From Bacteroidetes bacterium UBA6491 (GTDB lineage Bacteria > Bacteroidota > Bacteroidia > NS11-12g > UBA9320): a stretch of DNA of 37,798 nucleotides. The position numbers were made by a program, and so were the translations under genes. Below, one piece after another: positions 24,881 to 32,806 of the stretch. The first letter of the stretch is position 1. Every line of letters starts with the position of its first letter. The notes under the pieces are model-generated. The model did no database searches. It was given only the letters and a program-made list of their open reading frames with translations, and was not told where the DNA came from. The stretch covers positions 1 to 37,798 of the forward strand of contig DJML01000003.1 of assembly GCA_002436505.1 (NCBI GenBank), read 5' to 3'.

Positions 24881-26884
24881 ATGAAAAACAATTGGATCTA
24901 CACCATTATTACTACTCTGTTATTTTCCGTTTCTTTATCCTTACAAGCTCAGACATCAAAAGACTATTCCGTAATGATCACCGCAAGTGTGAACGAAAGT
25001 GCTCCTTCAATTACTTTGAACTGGGAACTGGACAATTATGCGGTGAATTATTATGTTTATCGCAAGGAAGCAGGAACAATGGGCTGGGGAAACAGTTTAG
25101 CATCATTGGACAACAAAACCAGTACCTGGACGGATAACAGTGTTGAAGTTGGAAAAGCATACGAATATTATATTCTTGAAACCGGCAACGGATCGTTCAA
25201 AGCATACGGTTATATTCAATCCGGTATTGCTGTTGAAGCCAGAGACCATGAAGGGACCTTGCTTCTGATCATAGAATCATCACTTCAAAGCAGCATGCCT
25301 GATGAGCTGAGTACACTAAAATCAGATCTTGTACTTGCCGGCTGGCATGTGATCGACAAATATGTTAGTTCGGATGACTCCGTTTCAAAGGTCAAAAAAT
25401 TGATCATGGACGTTTCGAAAACCGAAAAACTTGAATCAATTTACCTTTTCGGGCACATTCCTGTTCCCTATTCAGGCCAGTTTTGCCACGCAAGATATTA
25501 TCCTTATCCACCTGACGGCCATGTTGCCGGAAGTGGAGACCACTGCGGTGCCTGGGCTGCGGACGCGTACTATGCTGTGCCGGAAGGAACCTGGACAGAC
25601 AATGATTCCACAATATACGGTGCGAAACGCGATGAGAACAAAAACTATGGGAACGATGGTAAATTTGACCAGATAACTCTTCCCGGAGAGGTAAAATACC
25701 AGCTTGGGAGGGTCGATCTGTGGTCACTTCCGGCGTTCGGTAAGTCCGAAGTAGAACTCCTTAAACAATACGTAAACAAAACACACGATTTCCGACACAA
25801 CATTAGTCAGGTGTATCAAAAGGGCCTGATAGATGAGAATTTCAGCGCAAGTATTGGCGCATTTGCAAGTACAGCATGGCGCGATTTTACGTCCTCAGTA
25901 GGACCGGAAAATATTGAGGTAAAGGATTACTTCACGACAATGAAAGACAGTACGTACCTTCTTGGTTATGGTGCTGGTGCCGGTTCTTTCACGAGTTGTG
26001 CCGGAATTGGTAAAACGGCCGACTTCCCCGCCGGCAAAGCAGCCATGTTCAATTACCTTTTCGGCAGTTTCTTTGGTGACTGGGATATCACTAACAACTT
26101 CCTAAGGGCACCGCTGGCAAGCGATACAGGCGGACTTGTTAATGCATGGGTAGGTCGCCCCTGGTGGAATACCTTCCCACTGGCCCTTGGTGAGACCATC
26201 GGTTATTGCGCGAGAAGTACACAGAACAATACGACCGAATATTCCAATTACGGACTGAACGCTTTCCGGCATTTCATTCACGTTGCTTTAATGGGTGACC
26301 CAAGTTTAAAATTGTTCAATGTAACCCCTGCAACGGACCTTGTACTGAACCCTGCCATTGACCGCAAATCCGTAAAACTTCAGTGGACGGCATCCGCAGA
26401 TCAGGATGTCATCGGTTACCATATCTATTATTCAAGTGAGGAGAACGGCCCCTACGGAAGGCTTAACTCATCTCTTGTAACAGGAACTACATTTGACCAT
26501 ACATGGCCAAAAGCCGGAACCAATCATTATATGGTCAGAGCTGTGAAATTGCAGGAGACCGCAAGCGGGACCTATTTCAATTTAAGCCAGGGGATATATG
26601 GAAAAGCTGATAACATGGAGCTGGGTTCAGTGCCCAACACAAATACCCTTTCAACACTGATCATTTATCCGAATCCTGCCAAAAATGAGTTGTTCGTTAA
26701 TTATAAACTACACGGGAACGACGACCTGCACATAAGAATAACAGACCTTTCGGGGAAAGTACTCCTCGAGGAGCTACATCGCAATGTGCATAAAGGGATC
26801 ATCCGGATATCTATTGAAAGTTTAACCACCGGAATTTACCTCGTGGACGTGAACGGCACATACCAAAAAGTGTTCGTACAATAG
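24881..26884 (+). CDS. T9SS-secreted protein: Fn3-like module, gingipain-like (peptidase C25 fold) central domain with non-canonical catalytic positions, Fn3-like module, type-A CTD
   Basis: Signal peptide MKNNWIYTIITTLLFSVSLSLQAQ. Fn3-like modules: SITLNWELDNYAVNYYVYRKEAG...AYEYYI and VKLQWTASADQDVIGYHIYYS...NHYMVRAV. The central blocks align by eye with RgpB (see finding). The CTD is LIIYPNPAKNELFVNY...LTTGIYLVDVNGTYQKVFVQ. Confidence 0.75.
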   Translation: MKNNWIYTIITTLLFSVSLSLQAQTSKDYSVMITASVNESAPSITLNWELDNYAVNYYVYRKEAGTMGWGNSLASLDNKTSTWTDNSVEVGKAYEYYILETGNGSFKAYGYIQSGIAVEARDHEGTLLLIIESSLQSSMPDELSTLKSDLVLAGWHVIDKYVSSDDSVSKVKKLIMDVSKTEKLESIYLFGHIPVPYSGQFCHARYYPYPPDGHVAGSGDHCGAWAADAYYAVPEGTWTDNDSTIYGAKRDENKNYGNDGKFDQITLPGEVKYQLGRVDLWSLPAFGKSEVELLKQYVNKTHDFRHNISQVYQKGLIDENFSASIGAFASTAWRDFTSSVGPENIEVKDYFTTMKDSTYLLGYGAGAGSFTSCAGIGKTADFPAGKAAMFNYLFGSFFGDWDITNNFLRAPLASDTGGLVNAWVGRPWWNTFPLALGETIGYCARSTQNNTTEYSNYGLNAFRHFIHVALMGDPSLKLFNVTPATDLVLNPAIDRKSVKLQWTASADQDVIGYHIYYSSEENGPYGRLNSSLVTGTTFDHTWPKAGTNHYMVRAVKLQETASGTYFNLSQGIYGKADNMELGSVPNTNTLSTLIIYPNPAKNELFVNYKLHGNDDLHIRITDLSGKVLLEELHRNVHKGIIRISIESLTTGIYLVDVNGTYQKVFVQ

Positions 26885-26945
26885 AGTTGACACCAGTGCG
26901 TAAAACAGCTGTTTCGCTCTGACCATATACCACTAATATTGTATA

Positions 26946-27227
26946 ATGGTCAAGCGGGCATTAAGAAACAGGTACGTTATCATTTTTGTCATATTCATCG
27001 TATGGCTTACCTTCTTTGATGAGAATAATCTTTTCCAGCAAGCGGATATGAGCAAAGATATCCGTGATATGGAGAAAGAAAGAGATTACTACATAAGTGA
27101 GATCCGTACTTTACAGAAACAGAAGGAACAACTAACCTCTGACATGGATCAACTGGAGAAATATGCACGTGAAAAATACCTCATGAAAAATCCAGATGAG
27201 GTATTATTCATCATTGAGGATGAATAA
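26946..27227 (+). CDS. Septum formation initiator family protein (FtsB/DivIC-like)
   Basis: 93 aa. A single N-terminal transmembrane segment (YVIIFVIFIVWLTFF) is followed by a coiled coil (IRDMEKERDYYISEIRTLQKQKEQLTSDMDQLEKYAREKYLMKNPDE). The KYAREKYxM tail is typical of the family. Confidence 0.7.
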   Translation: MVKRALRNRYVIIFVIFIVWLTFFDENNLFQQADMSKDIRDMEKERDYYISEIRTLQKQKEQLTSDMDQLEKYAREKYLMKNPDEVLFIIEDE

Positions 27228-27247
27228 AGAACGGATTTCTAATTCAT

Positions 27248-28126
27248 TTACTGAAGACCGGAAACCTCAACATCACGGTCTATTTTCCTGATCATTCCCT
27301 GCAGAGCCCTTCCCGGCCCTATTTCCATGAAGGATGTGGCACCATCCTTTATCATATTCTGTATGATCTGTGTCCATTTCACAGGTGCCGTAAGTTGAGC
27401 GATCAGGCTCTTTTGTATAGTGACCGGATCAACAACTGCCTTTGTACCTACGTTCTGATAGATAGGACAAACAGGGGTATTAAACGGAGTATTCTGTATC
27501 GCCTCAGCTAACACTGCGCGCGCAGGTTCCATGAGCGGCGAATGGAATGCTCCTCCCACAGGAAGGATCATTGCACGACGTGCTCCTTTTTCCAGGAGGG
27601 TGTCAACGGCTTTCTGAACGCCTTGTGTCGATCCTGAGATCACCAATTGCCCCGGACAATTGTAATTTGCCGCAACAACTGTTTCATCCTGAATATTATA
27701 GCAGACCTCCTCAACGACCTCGTCATCCAAGCCAAGAATTGCAGCCATTGTTGATGGGTTAAGCTCGCAGGCTCTCTGCATCGCCTGAGCACGTAAGGCA
27801 ACAAGTTTGAGCCCGTCCTCAAACTCCAGTGTACCGTTCACAACAAGAGCTGAGAACTCTCCCAGGGAATGACCGGCGACCATATCAGGTCCAAAATCAT
27901 CCATAGTTTTTGCCAGGACCACCGAAGCAATAAAAACAGCAGGTTGCGTGATCCGCGTTTGTTTCAGTCCTTCTTCTGTGCCAGAGAACATCTCATCTGT
28001 TATTCTGAAACCCAGTATTTCGTTGGCACTTTCAAACAATTCTTTAGCCGCAGAATTGGTTTCGTATAGCTCTTTTCCCATTCCCGGGAACTGGGCACCC
28101 TGGCCCGGAAAAACATATGCTTTCAT
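27248..28126 (-). CDS. fabD: Malonyl-CoA:ACP transacylase
   Basis: FPGQGAQFPGMG, active-site GHSLGEFSAL, and GGAFHSPLMEPA are FabD hallmarks. The product is 292 aa. Confidence 0.93.
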   Translation of the reverse strand: MKAYVFPGQGAQFPGMGKELYETNSAAKELFESANEILGFRITDEMFSGTEEGLKQTRITQPAVFIASVVLAKTMDDFGPDMVAGHSLGEFSALVVNGTLEFEDGLKLVALRAQAMQRACELNPSTMAAILGLDDEVVEEVCYNIQDETVVAANYNCPGQLVISGSTQGVQKAVDTLLEKGARRAMILPVGGAFHSPLMEPARAVLAEAIQNTPFNTPVCPIYQNVGTKAVVDPVTIQKSLIAQLTAPVKWTQIIQNMIKDGATSFMEIGPGRALQGMIRKIDRDVEVSGLQ

Positions 28127-28129
28127 ATT

Positions 28130-28702
28130 CTATTCTTTGTCTTTAATTGATAATAGGCCCTCAATTCGATATATCTCCTTACCAAAAAATTTAGTATGCT
28201 GATTCCCTTCTATCCTGTACCGGAGGTTGCCCTGCTCATCTTCTTCCCAGATAAGCAACTGGTCACTCTCGGTGAACATATTTTTAGTCCTGTAATTAAA
28301 ATGCATTGTCGATACCATACCGTTGTCCAACCTATGAATGACAAACCTGTTCAGATCAACGGAAGAATCAGTAGCCTCGTATAGCATGACCTGCTTATTT
28401 CCAATAGTATCCATAGTAAGCCTATAATTATTTGTCCAGCTTACCGGCGGGATCAATACTTTGGTGAACGGCGATAATTCCTTTCTTATATCCGGTTGCC
28501 TTATCACACTTTTTATAGACGTATCTTTATAAGTGACCAGCTTTGTAAGCTCGTAAGATCCGTTCTCCATACCGACGATTTTTGCATCTATCAGGCTATC
28601 CACCTTTATGAACTCATTCGCACCGGTCATTCCTGACTTATGGTTGCATGCGGAAGCAAAAATTAATGCAGCTAAGGAAATATAAAATGTAATCCTTTTC
28701 AT
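28130..28702 (-). CDS. Hypothetical lipoprotein
   Basis: The ATG at 28702 gives MKRITFYISLAALIFASAC (lipobox-like ASAC); the track extension to 28747 adds no signal-like sequence. No recognisable motifs. The stop lies 3 nt upstream of the fabD start, so the two are probably co-transcribed. Confidence 0.6.
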   Translation of the reverse strand: MKRITFYISLAALIFASACNHKSGMTGANEFIKVDSLIDAKIVGMENGSYELTKLVTYKDTSIKSVIRQPDIRKELSPFTKVLIPPVSWTNNYRLTMDTIGNKQVMLYEATDSSVDLNRFVIHRLDNGMVSTMHFNYRTKNMFTESDQLLIWEEDEQGNLRYRIEGNQHTKFFGKEIYRIEGLLSIKDKE

Positions 28703-28871
28703 CTGGGTCGCAAGATACATTAATTGTTGATTTCCAAACTCCGCCAAACTCTTGTAAATAAGACATCTAACCTAGAATAAAATGGGAATTTACTCTCATT
28801 ATGGGAAAGTATTCTAATTTAAAAAATATCTAAGGTATTGATTTTATGGCACTTAACATTCTACAAATTAG

Positions 28872-28886
28872 TGGCACAGCAATTGA
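28872..28886 (+). promoter_or_regulatory. Sigma-54-like -24/-12 element (TGGCAC-N5-TTGA), weak
   Basis: TGGCACAGCAATTGA matches TGGCAC-N5-TTGC except for the final C. It sits 28 nt upstream of the ATG at 28914. A second TGGCAC at 28847-28852 has a poorer -12 element. Confidence 0.25.
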
Positions 28887-28913
28887 ATATTACATAATAG
28901 CATTCGAAGAAAC

Positions 28914-29111
28914 ATGAAGAAATTTTACATCATATTGGCAAGCAGTTTGGTACTCATTGCATCCGGTGTCGTCGCAAACGCCGAAACGATCGCAAAGAGT
29001 GAGCCTTACAATGCGAGGGTAGAACTACCCAAAACGAAAAAGACCGATAAACCTCCGATCCTTACCAGCGATTACGAGGAAGACGAAACGGTCGTTTATA
29101 AAGGCAAATAG
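28914..29111 (+). CDS. Small secreted hypothetical protein (65 aa)
   Basis: A clean signal peptide (MKKFYIILASSLVLIASGVVANA) is followed by a charged, Pro/Lys/Glu-rich 42-aa tail. It is an isolated ORF in a visibly AT-rich spacer. Coding status is not proven. Confidence 0.45.
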   Translation: MKKFYIILASSLVLIASGVVANAETIAKSEPYNARVELPKTKKTDKPPILTSDYEEDETVVYKGK

Positions 29112-29196
29112 GTAAAGAAATTAAATAGGAATATAGTTTTTACTTTTTACGTTAAATCTCAATTATTTACCTGCTACTCACCAGTCACTACTTTTT

Positions 29197-30684
29197 CTAA
29201 CCTTTTATTCGCGCCAGAGCACTTTTCGCTTTTTGCTCAATGCTCTTCTTAAAATTCGTTGATTTCCCCAGTTCGATGGCCTTTTCAAAATATTTGATCG
29301 CCATGCCATAATCATTTCTCAACTCGTACAGTTCCCCAATATAGTAAGCAGAATAAGCAACGTAATAAAACCGCAGATCTTTGCCCTTGCCTTTCTTTAT
29401 AGCTTCCAGATAGAAGGCCATTGATAAAGCTGTATCGCCCTGCATCTGATACACCCTACCTTTCCTGTAATTGTATTCAACGACATGTTCAGGGATCTCA
29501 AAGTTTCTTTCTCTCATTGGACGAATGACATTTTCTGCCCTGCTATAATATCCCCCATCGAACAGACATCGCGTTTTCAGTAGTCCCTGGTCCGGTCTAT
29601 CGCCATCAAGTACTTCAAACAAAGCCTGTTTATCAGCTTCCAGTGACACATTGCCATGCGATATGGTAAGATTGCGGTATTTGGAATAGAGGTCATCATT
29701 AGGAAACAACAGATAGTACCATGTAAGTTTATGGTATGCGCTCTTTACGTAATCCCCTTTCTTCTGCCCGTTAATAAAAGCCTTCAAATGAAGATCTGCT
29801 GTTGGGTCAAGATCAAATAACTTGGCACTTCCAAGCAGGTAATCCATGAAATGAAACGGGAAATAACCGGGTCCTTTGGGTCTTGATTCGAGGGTCCGTA
29901 TTGCTTCATCGTTCTTGCCACATTTCATGGCCGTGTTCGATCGAAAAAAAGCAGCCAGAAGGTTTGTTTCATGATCAGCAGAATTCTTATCTATCGTTGA
30001 CCAGGCTTTTCGAGTATCATTCATCAGGTAAAGTTCAACCGCCATTTTCATATATGCAGCTTCCCTGTAAATCCATTTATATCCCGGATCACTGGTGTTC
30101 AAAAATTTATTGATCTTTCCATATCCACTTGATATGGTTCCCCTGTACCCCAGGATTCCGATCATTTTCCGATATACATCAGGGAGGGTACCAATACCAG
30201 CTTCAAGCAGACCGAGCGACTTAAGAGTCGGCAAAAAATCCGGGTGCGTCTGTAAGTTTTTATCCAGCAGTTTGTATGTGACCCTGATATTAGCAGCAGC
30301 TGCATTCAGTTGACCAAACTTGGCATGGATCATCCCTTCGAATAAGTTCATTTCAGCAATACAGTATAGTTTCCAAGGACTGTTGCTGCTGATGTTTTCG
30401 AGTTGCTGCCGGAGCGTCCGGCTCTCCTTAACATACGTTTTGTATTTTGAAGCGTCCTGTGTGATCAGTAATTCTACAGATTCCCTGTATTGCCGCAGGT
30501 AGTAATAAAATCCAACCGATAAAGAATCAGCTTTTAGGTCATTGATCTTCGTATCTGCATCGTTCAGAAGCAAATGGTGGATCTTTCCATGCGCCTCCTC
30601 AACATTTGAATTATAGTTAAATGAAGCATATGCATTCGCATTCAGACAGAAAAACAGTGTGCCTAAAATTAAATGTACCTTCAT
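29197..30684 (-). CDS. Secreted TPR-like repeat protein, function unknown
   Basis: Signal peptide MKVHLILGTLFFCLNANAYA. The protein is helical-repeat rich, with TPR-like units at the C-terminus (YYVAYSAYYIGELYELRNDYGMAIKYFEKAIELGK). Confidence 0.65.
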   Translation of the reverse strand: MKVHLILGTLFFCLNANAYASFNYNSNVEEAHGKIHHLLLNDADTKINDLKADSLSVGFYYYLRQYRESVELLITQDASKYKTYVKESRTLRQQLENISSNSPWKLYCIAEMNLFEGMIHAKFGQLNAAAANIRVTYKLLDKNLQTHPDFLPTLKSLGLLEAGIGTLPDVYRKMIGILGYRGTISSGYGKINKFLNTSDPGYKWIYREAAYMKMAVELYLMNDTRKAWSTIDKNSADHETNLLAAFFRSNTAMKCGKNDEAIRTLESRPKGPGYFPFHFMDYLLGSAKLFDLDPTADLHLKAFINGQKKGDYVKSAYHKLTWYYLLFPNDDLYSKYRNLTISHGNVSLEADKQALFEVLDGDRPDQGLLKTRCLFDGGYYSRAENVIRPMRERNFEIPEHVVEYNYRKGRVYQMQGDTALSMAFYLEAIKKGKGKDLRFYYVAYSAYYIGELYELRNDYGMAIKYFEKAIELGKSTNFKKSIEQKAKSALARIKG

Positions 30685-30744
30685 CCGGGTGCAATTATAG
30701 CGCCTGAAAATGGTTTGATAAAATACGGGGTGTTCTGATCCGGA

Positions 30745-31536
30745 TCAGGCAGTGGCTTTTCTTCTGCGTCTTGCCTTTTTAGGTTGCTCTTCAGCAACGG
30801 ATTCATCGATACCTGCCATGCCAGCATCTACATTAATTCTTCCGCAGTGTTCACAGATCACGATCTTTTTGCGCTGACGGATATCCGACTGCAACTGAGG
30901 TGGAATCTGAGCGAAACATCCGCCACAAGCCCCTCTTACAACAGGTGCAACGGCGATTCCGTTCCTTACGTTCTTTCGGATACGGTCATAAGCAACAAGA
31001 AGTTTGCCTTCCATTTTTGTCACTGCCTTTTCACGCTCTACCTTCACTTTTTCTTCTTCCTTCTCCGTTTCAGCAGTTATCTCATCAAGTTCTTTTTTCT
31101 TATTCTCCAGGTCGATCTTTCTTCCGTCCAGGTCATTCTTAACCTCGGTGATCATTTCCTTTTTAAGCTCAATGGATCTTTGGGTTTCGCCGATCTTCTT
31201 CTCAGCAGCCTGCACCTCAAGCCCCTGGATCTCAATCTCTTTGTTCAGAGCATCGAATTCCCTGTTGTTCTTCACCTGGTTGAGTTGTTCGTTGTAGCGG
31301 CGACTTAACTCTTGTGATTCTTTGATCTTTAATTTAAGGTTCGAAATTTCGTGATCGTAACCCTCAATTTCTGTATTGAAATTCGCTAATCGAGTTTCAA
31401 GACCTGCGATCTCGTCTTCAAGATCTGCCACCTCCATTGGTAACTCACCCCTGATGGAGCCAAGTTTATCGAGATTGGTATCTATGGTCTGAAGGTTCCA
31501 AAGGGATTGAAGTCTGTCTTCTATTGATGCTGCCAT
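30745..31536 (-). CDS. Coiled-coil protein with C-terminal C4 zinc ribbon (COG1579/DUF164-type)
   Basis: Long heptad-rich region, then a CGGCFAQIPPQ...CEHCGRI zinc ribbon and a basic tail. It lies directly downstream of a Nif3-family gene, a widely conserved pairing. Confidence 0.8.
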   Translation of the reverse strand: MAASIEDRLQSLWNLQTIDTNLDKLGSIRGELPMEVADLEDEIAGLETRLANFNTEIEGYDHEISNLKLKIKESQELSRRYNEQLNQVKNNREFDALNKEIEIQGLEVQAAEKKIGETQRSIELKKEMITEVKNDLDGRKIDLENKKKELDEITAETEKEEEKVKVEREKAVTKMEGKLLVAYDRIRKNVRNGIAVAPVVRGACGGCFAQIPPQLQSDIRQRKKIVICEHCGRINVDAGMAGIDESVAEEQPKKARRRRKATA

Positions 31537-31545
31537 GCTGAGTTC

Positions 31546-32667
31546 TCAGTTAAAATATCGTACCGGATTCGTAACGCTTTTTGTAAAAATGACTGCAAAA
31601 TTAGCTATTTTTTTGGATATAATTCCTGCTTCAATAATATCTCTTATGAGTTCTATGGTAAACTGCTCACTTTCATAATGTCCAATGTCGCAGATCATGA
31701 TCTTATTTTCTGCATCAAAGAACTGGTGATACTTGAAATCTGCTGTTAAAAATACATCGGCTTTTGCCTCTTTTGCCCGGTTCAGAAGGAAACTTCCTGA
31801 CCCTCCGCACAATGCTACTTTCTGAATGTGCTCTTTTGGCGGATCTGTGAATCTTATTGACCCTGCATTCATTTTTTCTTTTACCAGTTCGAGAAATGCA
31901 TCGTATTTCACTGGTTCTGCCAGATCACCTATCAATCCTGCACCGGATTCCTGCCAGTAATTTTCAAGATTGTAAAGATCATATGCAACTTCCTCGTATG
32001 GGTGTGCCTCCTTCATGGCAGAAATCACGTTCCCTGACAGGTGAGACGGCAAAACAACTTCGAGCCTGAATTCATTTTCCTTTGCTAAAATTCCGATCTG
32101 ACCATAAAAAGGTGTACTCCCTTCCCCTGGTTTAAAAGTGCCAACTCCTTCTGAACTAAAACTGCAATCCGAATACTTCCCTATCTGCCCCGCACCAGCC
32201 TCAAATATTGCGCTTTGAACTGCTTCAATGTGTTCCGAAGGACAATAACACACCAGCTTCTGTAACTTGCCTTTGACAGGTGCCAGTATCCTGCCGTTCT
32301 TTACTCCTAACCTTTCGGCGATCTTTTGATTGACCCCGCTTTTTAAAACGTTGTCAAGGTTCGTATGGATAGAATAGATGGCAATATCATTTTTAACGGC
32401 CTTCATCACTGCCCGTTCAACGTAATTTTTCCCGTTTAGCCTTCGCAGTCCTGAAAAAATTACCGGGTGGTGTGATACAATCAGGTTCGCTCCATTGGCT
32501 ATTGCCTCATCCACTACTTCTTCTGTAACATCAAGGGCAACGAGAACGGCCTTAACCTCTCCGTTCTCATCACCAACAAGCAGTCCGCTGTTATCGTAAC
32601 TTTCCTGTAATGATAATGGTGCAATTTCTTCAAGGATGGCTGTTACCTCTTTAATTTTTGGTTGCAT
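31546..32667 (-). CDS. Nif3-like dinuclear metal centre protein (YqfO/GTP cyclohydrolase 1 type 2 homologue)
   Basis: LQESYDNSGLLVGD, NLIVSHHPVIF, IAIYSIHTNLD and the C-terminal ALCGGSGSF...ADVFLTADFKYH are Nif3 family motifs. The 373-aa length implies the inserted PII-like domain. Confidence 0.88.
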   Translation of the reverse strand: MQPKIKEVTAILEEIAPLSLQESYDNSGLLVGDENGEVKAVLVALDVTEEVVDEAIANGANLIVSHHPVIFSGLRRLNGKNYVERAVMKAVKNDIAIYSIHTNLDNVLKSGVNQKIAERLGVKNGRILAPVKGKLQKLVCYCPSEHIEAVQSAIFEAGAGQIGKYSDCSFSSEGVGTFKPGEGSTPFYGQIGILAKENEFRLEVVLPSHLSGNVISAMKEAHPYEEVAYDLYNLENYWQESGAGLIGDLAEPVKYDAFLELVKEKMNAGSIRFTDPPKEHIQKVALCGGSGSFLLNRAKEAKADVFLTADFKYHQFFDAENKIMICDIGHYESEQFTIELIRDIIEAGIISKKIANFAVIFTKSVTNPVRYFN

Positions 32668-32806
32668 ATCACAAATGACGAATTTTTATGAAAAAAACCG
32701 GCCATATAAGGAAAAAACATTACGGATGCCATGCTTTTATTCTAGCGAAATAATAGCACCGGTCGTCAGATGACCTACTTTTTGATCTTCTATTGCAAAG
32801 CCGCGT

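Noticed and set aside
26898-26917. Imperfect palindrome GCGTAAAACAGCTGTTTCGC after the C25-like gene, considered as a terminator
   Set aside because: Only a short AT-rich stem is possible once a loop is allowed, and no T-tract follows. This is too weak to call.
30735-30748. Perfect 14-nt palindrome CTGATCCGGATCAG overlapping the stop codon of the zinc-ribbon gene
   Set aside because: It is short, loop-less and has no flanking U-tract. It could be a protein site or chance, and I cannot support any function.
30784-31308. Three overlapping plus-strand ORFs (174, 80 and 97 aa) antisense to the coiled-coil/zinc-ribbon gene
   Set aside because: The repetitive GAA/AAG/GAG-rich coiled-coil codons leave the antisense frames open (Phe/Leu/Ser-rich products). 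This is an artefact of the sense gene.
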